From Myxococcota bacterium (GTDB taxonomy: Bacteria > Myxococcota_A > SURF-8), in NCBI GenBank assembly GCA_965140415.1, contig OZ223209.1:1952001-2016000 (forward strand): a DNA stretch of 64,000 bases, written 5' to 3'. The position numbers and the translations under genes are program-made. Every line of letters begins with the position of its first letter. The stretch's first letter is position 1. Under the pieces are notes generated by a model, which did no database searches, was not told where the DNA came from, and worked only from the letters and a program-made list of their open reading frames with translations. Of the stretch, positions 19,719 through 31,525 are shown piece by piece.

Positions 19719-22700
19719 ATGAGAAAGCAACAACATACCCCGTTTGTATGGATACTCTTTCTGGCAGCGGCATTACTGGTGGCCGCCTGTGGCGGTTCTT
19801 CCGATACGGTGAGTACGGATGGAGATCTGAGCGGAGACGAGGATAGTCCCGGTGAGAATCCGGTCGATGGCGATCTGGATGGGGATTGGCCCAGCGATGG
19901 TGACGAGGACGGCCCCATACCGATTGATGGCGATATGCCGGTGGATGGCGATGTCGATGGGGATACGGATGGAGATACGCCGGCGGATGGCGATACCCCG
20001 GATTGCCAGGAAAACGACGTGCGCACACTGGAAAACGTGTGTGGCTTGAATGGTCGCGGCGATCAGGATCAGGTCTGTACGGGTGGAGCCTGGATCGATG
20101 ATGGCGATTGCGACGACCCGGATGAATGCGTAGACGATGCGACCCAGGCTAGTCAAACGGCTTGCGGCGTGTTTGACACGGGATTCATTTCCCTGCTTTG
20201 CGTTACCGGACAATGGCAGGATAACGGATGCGATGATCCGGCGAGTTTCACGATGGTTAAGGATATCGTAACGGGGTCGATCGATGTGGAACATAATCCG
20301 CAGAGCTTCGTTGCTGTCGGTACAACCGTATTTTACGCAGGACATGGTGTGAAAAACGGATCGGAATTGTGGAAAACGGATGGCACGGATGAAGGAACGG
20401 TGCTGGTAAAAGATATCAACGCAGGACCGGATTCTTCCTATCCTGCCTATTTAGTGGCATATGGTGATCTATTAGCCTTTGTGGCTATGGATAATACCAC
20501 TGGAAACGAGTTGTGGATTTCCGATGGAACAGCACAAGGCACGTTGCGTATGACCGATATCAGTCCCGGAAACTACAGCTCGGAATTCCGCTTTAATGAA
20601 ACGACGATTTATAACGACTACCTGTACTTCCTGGTTCGAAAGATCGATGAGGCTCCCAGCAAAACGACGCTTGAAGCGACAGTCGAGCTATGGCGCACCG
20701 ATGGAACCGTGGAAGGTACGGAAAAGGTGGTGGATATCGGCACCAAGATCGATGATGTTGCCGTCTACGACATGAAACGCATGGGTGACACGTTTTATAT
20801 CCTCGTAGGATTGAGCGGCGATAGCGAACTGTGGAAGTCGGACGGCACCAACCCTGGCACGGAAATGGTGATGGATTTCGGCCAGATCTATATCTATCAA
20901 CGCGAGTTGGCGATCGCCGGTAACAAGCTTTACTTTTCCGCCGGCGCTCCGAATGTGGGTCAGGAATTGTGGGTGTCGGATGGCACCTCCGTAGGAACCG
21001 ATGTCGTCAAGGATATCAATCCGGGTTCTGCTTCCTCCGGTCCGCGCTACTTCACGGTTTTCGGAGATTATCTCATCTTTTCCGCCTTGGGTCCGAATGG
21101 TACGGAATTGTATTTCAGCAACGGCACCGCTGTCGGAACCTATCTGATCAAGGATATCAACCCAAGCGGCAGTTCGAACCCTACTAATTTGATGAGAATG
21201 GGAGGGAATATCTATTTCCGTGCGGTCGGTGAAGCCGGTGATTACGAGTTATGGAAAACGAACGGCAATGAAGCTGGAACGAGCTTGGTGAAAGACATTG
21301 AAGTTGGTTCCGGTTCCGGCAATCCAAGCGGTCTGGTCAACGTCAATGGTACACTGTATTTCTCCGCCCATACAAGTGAATATGGTGAGGAATTGTGGAA
21401 GAGCGATGGCACCTCCAGCGGAACGGTGCGTTTGACCGATCTGGTGCAAGGCACGGGTAGTGGGTCGCCTTACAGCTTGAGAGATTGCGGAGGGACGCTC
21501 TTTTTCTCGGGTTTCAAAGGGAACAACCGCCGGGTGTATCTTAGTGACGGCACTGCCGCCGGGACGCGTGCGCTGGAACCTTCTTTCGGTGGCATCCAAA
21601 ATGGGGAATCCAATCCCATATTGGATGCGGTTTCGGGCGACAAGCTGTTTTTCCGCGCACAGACACCGGAAACCGGGCGCGAATTGTGGGTCAGCGATGG
21701 TACGTCGGACGGTACACAGCTAACCAAGGAAATTCGCGCAGGCAACATAAGTGCGGATATCAAATACATTACGCCTTTCGCCGGTGGCGTGATTTTCCAG
21801 GCAACCACGGAAAGCGAAGGTGCTGAACCCTGGTTTAGTGATGGAACTGAGAACGGAACCGTTCTTCTGGGGGATCTCAAGCCGGGCAGCGAAAACAGTT
21901 CCCCAGCATACTATTTTGTTATGGGAGATACCTGCTATTTCAGTGCCGATGATGGTGTGCATGGTCGTGAAATGTGGATGACCGATGGCACTCCCGCCGG
22001 AACGCAACTGTTTGGTGATTTATATCCTGGTTCCAATGGTTCAGGACCATCTGACATGCAGGAATTCGACGGGAAGCTCTTCTTCTCTGCCAGCGATTCG
22101 GTGAACGGGAATGAATTGTGGGCAAGTGCAGGAACCGTTGCCACTACAGGATTGTTCAAGGATGTCGATGCTTCCGGCAGTTCCTACCCAGGAGTGAAGG
22201 TTGTTGCAGGCGATGTGATGTATTTTTCCGCCACCGTGTCTACCGTAGGCACCGAGTTGTTCAAAACCGACGGTACTCCTGCCGGAACGGTCATTGTGAA
22301 GGACATCAACCCCACAAGCTCGGGTGATCCCAGTTCGCTTACCGCCTTTGGCGATCTGGTGCTTTTCTCCGCTACCGATGGCGAGCATGGGCATGAAATC
22401 TGGGTCAGCGACGGCACCGGGCTGGGAACGGTGATGCTGGCGGATATCAACGAAGGGGATTACAGCAGCTATCCCACGATGTGGGGTGAATACAATGGTG
22501 AATTTTATTTTTCCGCCACCAGTAATGTCTATGGGCGTGAATTGTGGAAGACCGACGGCACACCGAGTGGAACCGTGCGCGTAACGGACATGTGGCCCGG
22601 TGTGGGCAGCGGGCGTGTGTATTCGGTCGCGGTTTATGAGGGCTGGTTGTTGTTTACCGCCAATGCGCCGGAGTATGGGCAGGAATTGTGGGCCACCGAT

Positions 22701-22853
22701 GGAACGGCGGATGGCATCTGGCTGGTGGCGGATATTGCCGCCGGAGCGGGTTCATCAGATCCGTGGTATCTGCTTCCCTTTGATGACGGGCTGTTCTTCA
22801 ACGCCAACGACGGTATTCATGGCATGGAGTTGTGGCGGGTGGATGCTCGGTAA
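19719..22853 (+). CDS. ELWxxDGT-repeat beta-propeller lipoprotein with an acidic DGD linker
   Basis: VAAC lipobox, DGD repeats, short Cys-rich segment, about 18 ELWxxDGT-like repeats. ATG 19719 lies downstream of GGAGG. Confidence 0.88.
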   Translation: MRKQQHTPFVWILFLAAALLVAACGGSSDTVSTDGDLSGDEDSPGENPVDGDLDGDWPSDGDEDGPIPIDGDMPVDGDVDGDTDGDTPADGDTPDCQENDVRTLENVCGLNGRGDQDQVCTGGAWIDDGDCDDPDECVDDATQASQTACGVFDTGFISLLCVTGQWQDNGCDDPASFTMVKDIVTGSIDVEHNPQSFVAVGTTVFYAGHGVKNGSELWKTDGTDEGTVLVKDINAGPDSSYPAYLVAYGDLLAFVAMDNTTGNELWISDGTAQGTLRMTDISPGNYSSEFRFNETTIYNDYLYFLVRKIDEAPSKTTLEATVELWRTDGTVEGTEKVVDIGTKIDDVAVYDMKRMGDTFYILVGLSGDSELWKSDGTNPGTEMVMDFGQIYIYQRELAIAGNKLYFSAGAPNVGQELWVSDGTSVGTDVVKDINPGSASSGPRYFTVFGDYLIFSALGPNGTELYFSNGTAVGTYLIKDINPSGSSNPTNLMRMGGNIYFRAVGEAGDYELWKTNGNEAGTSLVKDIEVGSGSGNPSGLVNVNGTLYFSAHTSEYGEELWKSDGTSSGTVRLTDLVQGTGSGSPYSLRDCGGTLFFSGFKGNNRRVYLSDGTAAGTRALEPSFGGIQNGESNPILDAVSGDKLFFRAQTPETGRELWVSDGTSDGTQLTKEIRAGNISADIKYITPFAGGVIFQATTESEGAEPWFSDGTENGTVLLGDLKPGSENSSPAYYFVMGDTCYFSADDGVHGREMWMTDGTPAGTQLFGDLYPGSNGSGPSDMQEFDGKLFFSASDSVNGNELWASAGTVATTGLFKDVDASGSSYPGVKVVAGDVMYFSATVSTVGTELFKTDGTPAGTVIVKDINPTSSGDPSSLTAFGDLVLFSATDGEHGHEIWVSDGTGLGTVMLADINEGDYSSYPTMWGEYNGEFYFSATSNVYGRELWKTDGTPSGTVRVTDMWPGVGSGRVYSVAVYEGWLLFTANAPEYGQELWATDGTADGIWLVADIAAGAGSSDPWYLLPFDDGLFFNANDGIHGMELWRVDAR

Positions 22854-23134
22854 TCACTAGAACTTCCGTGCTTTTCCGGGGCAGGATTCTTTTCTGCCCC
22901 ATTGATCTACGATCCATTCTGGTCGTGAGTATCCGAGTTTGGATATTCACGGCCTTTTCATTTCCCAGGGAATCATGTCTTCTGGTGTTTCTCTGGTTAT
23001 TGAATTTTGCGTGGCTGATATCATTGCCTGCAAAGGCAGGTTGTCAAAATGGTTTAACGAATTCGATTGATTATCTTCCTGTGAGGGAAATGATATCGCG
23101 ATTGGTATAGATAACATCAATTAAAAAACTGCTA

Positions 23135-26047
23135 CTATACATCCGCCTCGTTTGAATCAGGTGAATCCAGCACTTCGCGCACTGTTTGAAGCAGAATTTC
23201 AGCAGTGAAGGGTTTGGGGATGAAATGCGTTCCCTTTTCCAGCACTTCGCGCAGGGATGAAACGTTTTCCGTATAACCGGACATGAAGATGACTTTTAGA
23301 TCGGGTAGTATCGGCTCGATGCTTTCGTACATGGCCAGACCGCTCTTGCCCGGTAAGACGACATCGGATAACAGCAAATCGATTTCCCCTTGGTGCGCAT
23401 GGCAGAGCTTCAGTGCTTCATCGCAGTTTTCCGCCTGCAACACCTGGTAGCCGTAGGAATTCAGCACTTTCTTTGTCAGGTTGCGTACGATTTCTTCATC
23501 TTCAACCAGCAAAATGGTTTCGTTTCCCTTGGGCAACTCCGATTGTTTTGCCACAGGGCGAACTTGTTCGGGGCTATCTTCCACCATTGGGAAGTAGGCT
23601 TTAAAGGTTGTTCCCTTTCCAAGAGTGGAATCGACTGTAATAAAGCCCTGGTTCTGCTTCATGATGCCGTAGACGGTGGAGAGTCCCAGGCCGGTGCCGC
23701 TGCCTTTGGGTTTGGTGGTGAAGAACGGCTCGAACAGATGTTCCAGAATATCGCTGTCGATGCCGCTGCCGGTATCGGTTACGGAGAGAAGAATGTAGTC
23801 TCCCTCATAGGCGTCGCTGCTGTCTTGCAGGTCTTTCTCGGTGATTTCCACCGCCTTGGTTTTAATGATCAGTTTTCCGCCTTGCGGCATGGCATCTCTG
23901 GCATTGACGGCAAGATTCAACAGTACCTGCTCGATCTGGCCGGGATCGATTCTTACTCGGCCAAGGGATTGGCCGGGCACGAACATGTAGGTAATGTCTT
24001 CACCGATCAGGCGCATCAGCATGGAGCTGGATTCATAAATCAGGTTGTTGATATCGACGACTTTGGGATTGATGATCTGCTTTCGTGAGAATGCAAGCAG
24101 TTGCGAGGTCAGCGCCGCTGCGCGCTCGGCGGCTTTTCTGATTTCAAGGGTATCTTCATAATCGGGACTCTCTTCTGGGAGTGAGGAAAGCAGCATTTCC
24201 GAATAACCGATGATGCCCGTTAGAATATTGTTGAAATCGTGCGCAACGCCACCGGCAAGCCTGCCAATGGCTTCGAGACGTTGCGAGTGCTGCAATTGAT
24301 CGACCAGCTTGATACGCTCTTCCTCGGTTTGCTTGTATTCCGTGATGTCTTCGGAAATCGAGAGCAGGTATTGAGGCTTTCCCTCGTTATCAAGTATCGG
24401 AAGCTTCTTGGTATGGAGAATACGCTCCCCTTTGTTGTCGGATTGGATTTGTTCTTCCTGAATATCGACCAATTCGTTGTTGGTTAAAATCAGGGTTTCT
24501 TGTTGGCTCAAGCGATTCGCCACATCTTCCGGGTAGATGTCGTAGTCGCTTTTTCCGATCAGATCTTCTCGCGACGTTCCAAGAAGCTGCTCTCCTGCTT
24601 TGTTGAAGCGGACATAGTGCAGGCTCTTGGCGTCTTTTACGACGATCATATTCGGAATGTTTTCGATGATGTCATTCAGGAATTTCTCGCTTTTGTGGAG
24701 ACCTTCCATCGTTTCTCGAAGTCTTTCCGTCATGATGTTGAAGGAGGTGGCCAAACTGCCGATTTCGTCTTTTGAATCGATCTCTACGGTTTGATCCAGG
24801 TTCCCTTCGATAATGGTTTCCACGAACTCCTGCATTTCGTGGACGGGTTTTGCGATGCTTCTTGCGATCAGGACGCCGATAAACCCCATGAACAAGATGA
24901 TGACGACACCGGCCAGCATCATGACGTTCATCATGCGATGCCGACCATTGGTAAGAACGGCGCGGAAGGTTTGAATTTCGTCTTCATAGACACTGGCGGC
25001 AATGACCCAATCCCAGGGTTCGAAATAGGCAAAGCGTGCGACCTTTTTACGAGATTCCTTTTCCCCCTTGTTGCGCCAACGATAATGAGCGGTAGCCATT
25101 TCACCGGATTTGAGCGATGTGGCAAGGTCGATGATTTTTCGAATGCTGTCGCTCATATCTTTGTCGGGAAGCTCAAACAGATTTTCCCCGTCTCGTTCTC
25201 CGTTTTTGGAGATGATGTAATGTCCTTTTCTGGCTCCCTTTCCGGCAAGGATGTACACATAGCCGGTTTTACCGATTTCCGTTTGTAGAATGGCCGGTCG
25301 GATGCGCGCTTCCACGATTTGCTGTTTAACTCCGACATAGAGCATACCAACCAGTTTTCCGGTATGGTCTCTGAGTGGTTCGTAGGCGGTTAAATACCAG
25401 GCATTCACGACATAGGCGCGGCCATGGTAGGTTTCGTTTCTGAGAATCGTGGAAACCACGGGATTCGGTGTTCCATCCGGATTGATTGCCGGAATGAAGG
25501 TTCCGATTGCGCGTTTGCCATCGACGCTTTGAACATTGGTGGCGATGCGCAACATGTCGCCTTGCTCGTTGATCCGCTGAAATATGGTTGCGGTTTCACC
25601 AACCAGAGACGTGATGTCGTCGATAATATCCGTTTTTACGCTTAAATCCGTATTCTGTCCCAACCAGCGATTTCCAAACAACATTTTGGGAAGCCGAATC
25701 GGTTTCGATTGTTTGGTGTACTGATTGACGGCGTTCCACATTACCGTTTCTTTGGAGAGATGAACTTTTCCGGCGTTCTGTTGCAGATGATGGGCGACTT
25801 TCAGGTTGTAATCGACCTGCTGCTGAACGACTTCGTTTTCCACCTCTACAAGGTGGTAAACGCCGTTGGTGATGTGGTCCAGATCGGAGCTGACCAGTTC
25901 TTCCACTTCATGTTGTGCAAGTCGATTGTATAATCCGCTCTGCCAGGTGGCCAGCACCAGCAAAGCCGTGGCTGTAATCAACACGCTGATTGCGCCTAGC
26001 AGGGATACCTTGATGCTTAATCTGAGATTTTTGATAAATGTAATCAT
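23135..26047 (-). CDS. Hybrid sensor histidine kinase (Cache-HAMP-PAS-HisKA-HATPase-REC)
   Basis: Two TM helices flanking a Cache region, [10 protein letters not shown]-box, NARDAM, FFTTK/GTGLGL boxes, C-terminal receiver (LLVEDE, DVVLP, KPF). Confidence 0.93.
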   Translation of the reverse strand: MITFIKNLRLSIKVSLLGAISVLITATALLVLATWQSGLYNRLAQHEVEELVSSDLDHITNGVYHLVEVENEVVQQQVDYNLKVAHHLQQNAGKVHLSKETVMWNAVNQYTKQSKPIRLPKMLFGNRWLGQNTDLSVKTDIIDDITSLVGETATIFQRINEQGDMLRIATNVQSVDGKRAIGTFIPAINPDGTPNPVVSTILRNETYHGRAYVVNAWYLTAYEPLRDHTGKLVGMLYVGVKQQIVEARIRPAILQTEIGKTGYVYILAGKGARKGHYIISKNGERDGENLFELPDKDMSDSIRKIIDLATSLKSGEMATAHYRWRNKGEKESRKKVARFAYFEPWDWVIAASVYEDEIQTFRAVLTNGRHRMMNVMMLAGVVIILFMGFIGVLIARSIAKPVHEMQEFVETIIEGNLDQTVEIDSKDEIGSLATSFNIMTERLRETMEGLHKSEKFLNDIIENIPNMIVVKDAKSLHYVRFNKAGEQLLGTSREDLIGKSDYDIYPEDVANRLSQQETLILTNNELVDIQEEQIQSDNKGERILHTKKLPILDNEGKPQYLLSISEDITEYKQTEEERIKLVDQLQHSQRLEAIGRLAGGVAHDFNNILTGIIGYSEMLLSSLPEESPDYEDTLEIRKAAERAAALTSQLLAFSRKQIINPKVVDINNLIYESSSMLMRLIGEDITYMFVPGQSLGRVRIDPGQIEQVLLNLAVNARDAMPQGGKLIIKTKAVEITEKDLQDSSDAYEGDYILLSVTDTGSGIDSDILEHLFEPFFTTKPKGSGTGLGLSTVYGIMKQNQGFITVDSTLGKGTTFKAYFPMVEDSPEQVRPVAKQSELPKGNETILLVEDEEIVRNLTKKVLNSYGYQVLQAENCDEALKLCHAHQGEIDLLLSDVVLPGKSGLAMYESIEPILPDLKVIFMSGYTENVSSLREVLEKGTHFIPKPFTAEILLQTVREVLDSPDSNEADV

Positions 26048-26559
26048 GCCGCCCCTGAGCCTGAACTGGCGAACGGAACCGGACCGATTCCCAAGTGTCG
26101 CTTATGCAGAGCAGAACCTCTGGTTACAACAAACGATAGAAAAACTCCCCAATGTCACTACACCTTCCCTCCCTCCAATAATACAACGATTTTCTCTTTT
26201 CGTACATGGAATTAAGGGATTTCCTGACATTAATTAAACTGATGATCGTGTTGGGGCTCAATTATTCAAAAATCATAAATATCCATTATGTAGGAGAATT
26301 ACACGTAATCAAGTCGTCGGGCAAAGTCTTTTAACGCAGTGTTCGGATGCGTGCACAGCAATTTAAATGAGTATGGAAAGTGTGTTAAATATAAGATATT
26401 ACTAAAGAAGCATATTGTGTGGTATCCTGTTTTGGGAAATCCAAGGAAATCTCTTTCCTAATATTAAAACCTGACATATGATGGATATATATTCATATAC
26501 GGGGTGGAGGGGATGGGAGTACGTTGCATCCTCTTTTTTTGCCCGATGGGGACGAAACA

Positions 26560-29500
26560 ATGCGTAAGATTAAGCACGAACGCTATGAAGAAATTAAGGA
26601 AAATCCTGGCCGGGGGGGGTGCGGTATTCTGGCTGTGGCGGAATTGCATGATCCGGCGTCACATGAGTTGCTGCAAACCGCATTAACCGGTTTGGAAAGG
26701 ATGGAACATCGCGGAGGAACCCTGGAAGACACCGGTGATGGGGCCGGGTTACTGATTCGCGTGGAGCGGTCGTACTTCGAGCGTTTCCTGGCGGCGGGCA
26801 AGAGCCTGGCGAATCCTAAAGAGCCGTTGATGGTAGGAACCGTTTTTTTCCTGCATGGTGAACGCAACATTCCCGATTACAAGCACGAACTCGATGCCAT
26901 TCTGCGTAACGAGGGCCTGGCTCCCTTGGGTTGGCGAAAAGTACCGACCGAGCCGCAGGCACTTGGGATCCGGTCACAGAGCGACGTTCCCCAGATCTAC
27001 CAGTTATTGCTGGCCAAGGGTTACCGGCGCGAATCGCAGCTTTTCGAAGTGTTGCACCAGGCGAAAGTGACCATCGACGAGCAGTTCTCGGGAATGGTCA
27101 ATGTGGTTTCTTTAGAAGCGTACACGACGATTTACAAAGCGCTCTCGACTTCTTCTCAATTGGCTGCCTTCTATCCCGACTTGCGTGACCCCGCGCTTGC
27201 CACACGCCTTGCCATCGGTCACAGGCGCTACTCGACGAATACCTATTCGAACTGGAACCTGGTCCAGCCCTTCCGACATCTGGCCCATAATGGAGAGATC
27301 AACACCATTACCGCCAACTGTCGTGCGGTGCGCGATGCCGAGCGTTCGATCAATCTGCGCAACATTTTAATGAACCATGGCTCCGACTCCGCCCAGATGG
27401 ATCGTGTCGCTGAAATGATGGCGGCCTACGGTGTCAGCGGCGTTCCCGAAGCACTGCGACGCATGATGCCTCCTGCCTGGGAAGAGGAAGTCCTGGACGA
27501 GCGCCAGCGTCGCTTTTTCGAAGCCAATCGGCGTGCTTTAGGGACGTTGGGAGCCTGGGAGGGACCTATCGCGCTGGTTGCGACAGATGGTCGCTTTATG
27601 GTGGCCGCGCTCGATCGCATGGGCTTGCGCCCTTTGCGTTACATGCAGAGCAAGCAGGGCAGGTTGGTGGTGGCCAGCGAAATCGGTGCGGTGGATATGG
27701 CCGGGCAGGATATCGCCATGGACGGGCAACTGGAACCCGGTGGAATGATTGTCGTCGATCTGGAAAAGGGCACGTTCATCGATCAGAACCGATCCACCGA
27801 CTGGATGCTGGATAGAACGGGATTGAACTACGAACGGCTTTCCTCGGTCGATCTGCAACCGTTATACGATGATACTGTGGCGACTCCGCTTTCCATTCGG
27901 ACCTTGAACGCTTTCGGTTGGACCAAGGAACGTGTGCGCCTGCTAAAGGACATGGCCAAGGGAGCCAAGGAGCCGATTTACAGCATGGGTAACGATCAAC
28001 CCCTGGCGATCTTCAGCGAAAACCATTCTCGGCTGTATAGCTTCCTGCATCAGATCGTGGCGGTGGTCAGCAATCCCCCTATCGATCCCATTCGAGAAGG
28101 CGGAGCCATCGACACCACGGTCTATCTCGGACCGTCGCCGCGCCTGACGCGCGACAGCACCTATCACAGCAGTCCGCAATACAAACTCACCCATCCCGTT
28201 TTAACGAACGATGAGGTTGAGCGTCTGTTGTTGCAACCTGCGTCGGAAACCGCAGCTCGGCGGCTGGATGCAACGTTCATCGATACCGGCAAAGCGCGTG
28301 AAATGGTTCGGCGCATTCACGATCTGACGGAAGAAGCTCTTGGAATCGTTCAGCGACGCGAAGCGACGATTTTAGTGCTTTCCGATCTTGCCGCAGCCAC
28401 CGGTGAGCGTCTGCCTTTGCCAATGCTGCTAGCTACCTGCGCCATTCACCGCGCCCTGGCCGAGAGAGGCAATCGGCGCAGGGTGTCGATTGTCGTACAG
28501 ACCGGCGAGGTGCATGAAGGCCACGATTTTGCCACGCTGCTGGCTTTCGGTGCAACGGCGGTCAATCCTTATGCGATGTTCCATATCGCGCGGGATGTGA
28601 ACTCGCTCGATGATAGCGAGGCCGAAGCCAATATCGTCAAGGCGCTGGTCGATTCGCTACGGCGGGTGATGTCTAAAATGGGAATCACCATGATCGCCGG
28701 ATATCGCGGTTCGGCTTTGTTCGAGGCGGTCGGTATTTCCGCCGGGGTCGTCGATTTCTTCCTGCCCGACACCATCTGCCGCCTGGGCGGTATTCGCATG
28801 GAGGAAATTTATGAAGGCATTGTGGAACGCGCAGGGAGCAGCGAGGAGAAACTGGAGCGCAATCGCAATGTAGCTGTGTATCGGAAAGAAGTTACGGATT
28901 GTCTTCAACTGGTGGCGCGTAACGGTAACGAGCAGGGCGACTACGACCGTTTCGTCACGTTGTTGCAGGATGCGCCGCCAGTGTATTTGCGCGATCTGCT
29001 GGATCTGAGATCGAGAAATCGTCCGCTGCCGGTGGAGGAAGTCGCCGAGGTCGAGGAGATCGTTGCAACTACGATACGTGGTGCGGCCATGAGCCACGGG
29101 GCGCTCAACTCCACCGCCCATCGCGCTATCGCTGCGGCTTTCAATCGTTTCGGATCACGTTCCAGTTCCGGCGAAGGGGGCGAAGACGGTCGCCGGAATC
29201 CGGGCGGTCCATGGGAAAGCGCGCAAAGTCGTATCCGCCAGATCGCCTCCGGGCGTTTCGGTGTCGATGCCCGTTACCTGGTGTGTTCCAATGAAATCGA
29301 AATCAAGATCGGACAGGGCGCCAAGCCCGGCGAAGGCGGTCACTTGCCGGGGCATAAAGTCACCGAGCAGATAGCCCGTATCCGAAAAACGAAACCCGGT
29401 ATCGATCTTATCAGTCCGCCTCCGCATCACGATATTTACAGTATCGAAGATCTGGCGCAACTCGTAACCAACCTGCGAGAACTGCATCCCACGGCCCAGG

Positions 29501-30966
29501 TTTCCATCAAGGTGCCCAGTATCAGCAATCTGGGCACCATCGGGGTGGGGATCGCCAAAACCGGGGCGGACATTATCGTCGTGAGCGGTTTCGAAGGCGG
29601 CACGGGGGCGGCCACGTCCAGCAGCATTACCCATGCGGGTCTGCCGCTGGAGCGCGGTGTCAGCGAAGTGCATCAGTATCTCGTGGTCAACGGTATCCGC
29701 GAGAAGCTGCGCATCCGGGCCGACGGCGGTATCAAGCACGGACTGGAAGCGGCGAAGATCTTGGCGCTTGGGGCCGATGAAGTCTCGATCGGCACCCCGC
29801 TACTGGTTGCGGAATGCTGCATTTTCTGTCGGGGCTGCAACAAGGGAAACTGTCCCGTCGGCATTGCCACGCAGGATGAATCGAAGCAGTCGCAGCGTTT
29901 CATGCGTAACCGCCTGGAACAACGGGATATGGAAAGCGTGCCGGAGGATGAGCGTTACGAAGAAGCCACGAACGGAGTGACGCGCTATCTGCAATGCATG
30001 GGAAATCATTTGCGCCGTATTCTGGCGCGGCTGGGCTTGCGGCATCCAAGTGAACTCGTCGGGCGGGTGGATCTGTTGCAGCAAATCGGCACGGACAATC
30101 CACGCTGGGATTTGCTCGACCTGTCCGAGTTGCTGCTGGATTTCCGGGAAGACGATCGTTCGCTCCAGAGAACGAAGGGTGTGGCAAAATACGCAGTTTC
30201 AGCGATCAATAAACGGATCGTGGAGGAGGCTACAGAGGTTTTGAGCGGCCAGGCCGAGCGTGTATCGATTCCGCTTGTGCTGGAGAACCGGAACCATGCC
30301 GTCGGGGCGACTTTGGCCGGACGCATAGCTGGGGTGAATGGCTTGCGAAAAGGGAAGCGAATCGAGATTCTGGCACGTGGCTATGCGGGGCAGGCATTCG
30401 GTTTCGCGGCCACCAGTGGCATGTACCTGCGACTGGAAGGCTACGCGAACGACACGGTGGGCGAGATCATCAGTGGTGATGCCCGGATCGTGGTGTTGCC
30501 GCCTGAAGAAAGCTTGCGGGATGTCCGATCCAATCTTGTTGGAAATGCCGTGGCCTATGGGGCGACCGGAGGTTGTTTGTACGTTGCCGGGTGTGCGGGA
30601 CAGCGTTTCGGCGTTCGAAATTCGGGGGCGGTGCTGGTTTGCGAGGGCGTCGGCAAATATGCGTTCGAATACATGACCGGTGGAGTCGGTGTGGTGCTGG
30701 GGTCTTGCGGGCCTTGCGTTGGATCGGGCATGACCGGTGGGGAACTGTTCCTGTACGACGCTGAAAAGCAGGTAAGCAATCAGTTGCATCGGGACGTTTC
30801 CCTGTGCGGAGATTCTTTACAGCCAGCGGATACCGCAAGGTTGAAAACGATTTTGGAAGATTTCGTAGCAGAGACACAAAGCCGGGTGGCCTTGGGTATT
30901 CTGCAAAACTGGGAGCAATCGCTACTCGATTTCCGCCGGGTGTTGGCGGCGAAAGGGTTGAACTGA
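26560..30966 (+). CDS. gltB: Glutamate synthase large subunit
   Basis: Propeptide then catalytic Cys (GGCG), HRRYSTNT, HNGEINT, GEGGED, IKIGQGAKPGEGGHLPG, SPPPHHDIYSIEDL, CPVGIATQ, GXGXG C-terminal domain. Confidence 0.93.
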   Translation: MRKIKHERYEEIKENPGRGGCGILAVAELHDPASHELLQTALTGLERMEHRGGTLEDTGDGAGLLIRVERSYFERFLAAGKSLANPKEPLMVGTVFFLHGERNIPDYKHELDAILRNEGLAPLGWRKVPTEPQALGIRSQSDVPQIYQLLLAKGYRRESQLFEVLHQAKVTIDEQFSGMVNVVSLEAYTTIYKALSTSSQLAAFYPDLRDPALATRLAIGHRRYSTNTYSNWNLVQPFRHLAHNGEINTITANCRAVRDAERSINLRNILMNHGSDSAQMDRVAEMMAAYGVSGVPEALRRMMPPAWEEEVLDERQRRFFEANRRALGTLGAWEGPIALVATDGRFMVAALDRMGLRPLRYMQSKQGRLVVASEIGAVDMAGQDIAMDGQLEPGGMIVVDLEKGTFIDQNRSTDWMLDRTGLNYERLSSVDLQPLYDDTVATPLSIRTLNAFGWTKERVRLLKDMAKGAKEPIYSMGNDQPLAIFSENHSRLYSFLHQIVAVVSNPPIDPIREGGAIDTTVYLGPSPRLTRDSTYHSSPQYKLTHPVLTNDEVERLLLQPASETAARRLDATFIDTGKAREMVRRIHDLTEEALGIVQRREATILVLSDLAAATGERLPLPMLLATCAIHRALAERGNRRRVSIVVQTGEVHEGHDFATLLAFGATAVNPYAMFHIARDVNSLDDSEAEANIVKALVDSLRRVMSKMGITMIAGYRGSALFEAVGISAGVVDFFLPDTICRLGGIRMEEIYEGIVERAGSSEEKLERNRNVAVYRKEVTDCLQLVARNGNEQGDYDRFVTLLQDAPPVYLRDLLDLRSRNRPLPVEEVAEVEEIVATTIRGAAMSHGALNSTAHRAIAAAFNRFGSRSSSGEGGEDGRRNPGGPWESAQSRIRQIASGRFGVDARYLVCSNEIEIKIGQGAKPGEGGHLPGHKVTEQIARIRKTKPGIDLISPPPHHDIYSIEDLAQLVTNLRELHPTAQVSIKVPSISNLGTIGVGIAKTGADIIVVSGFEGGTGAATSSSITHAGLPLERGVSEVHQYLVVNGIREKLRIRADGGIKHGLEAAKILALGADEVSIGTPLLVAECCIFCRGCNKGNCPVGIATQDESKQSQRFMRNRLEQRDMESVPEDERYEEATNGVTRYLQCMGNHLRRILARLGLRHPSELVGRVDLLQQIGTDNPRWDLLDLSELLLDFREDDRSLQRTKGVAKYAVSAINKRIVEEATEVLSGQAERVSIPLVLENRNHAVGATLAGRIAGVNGLRKGKRIEILARGYAGQAFGFAATSGMYLRLEGYANDTVGEIISGDARIVVLPPEESLRDVRSNLVGNAVAYGATGGCLYVAGCAGQRFGVRNSGAVLVCEGVGKYAFEYMTGGVGVVLGSCGPCVGSGMTGGELFLYDAEKQVSNQLHRDVSLCGDSLQPADTARLKTILEDFVAETQSRVALGILQNWEQSLLDFRRVLAAKGLN

Positions 30967-30973
30967 AAACGCG

Positions 30974-31513
30974 TTACTCGTTTCGGTCGTCGTCCGGTTT
31001 CACTTCGCGCGCCTGCACGATGATATCCGGTTTGACGGAACCGCTTGGGCGCGTCGCTTGTTCCGGGGGAACATCCGGTCCCGGTTGCGATTCGAAAGGA
31101 TTCTCGGTGCCGAATCCGAAGCCTTGAGGGGGCGTGCCGAAAGTCTGTACCACCACCTGCTGTTTGAAGCGCTTTTTCAACGTTTCTCGAACCAGGGCGC
31201 GAATCGGCGGAATCAACAGCGAAAAGCCAAAGGCATCCGTTAGAAATCCGGGAGTGAGCAACAAACCACCCGCGAATAAAATCATCAAGCCTTCCACCAT
31301 CGCATCGGTCGGCATTTGCCCGGTATTGAGCGAGGCTTGGGCTTTTTGCAGCGTGCGTAATCCCTCTTGACGAGCCAGCGCTGCTCCCAGAACTCCCGTG
31401 AACACGATAACGGCGATGGTTGTCAGCACGCCGATCTTGGCCCCGATGGTGATCAGCAGATACAGTTCCAATGCCGGAACCAGCGTAAAGAGCAGCAGCA
31501 GTTTTCCAAACAT
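30974..31513 (-). CDS. fxsA: FxsA-family membrane protein
   Basis: LLLLFTLVPALELYLL...GLLLTPGFLTDAFG signature. Confidence 0.88.
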   Translation of the reverse strand: MFGKLLLLFTLVPALELYLLITIGAKIGVLTTIAVIVFTGVLGAALARQEGLRTLQKAQASLNTGQMPTDAMVEGLMILFAGGLLLTPGFLTDAFGFSLLIPPIRALVRETLKKRFKQQVVVQTFGTPPQGFGFGTENPFESQPGPDVPPEQATRPSGSVKPDIIVQAREVKPDDDRNE

Positions 31514-31525
31514 GTCATCCGCCTG

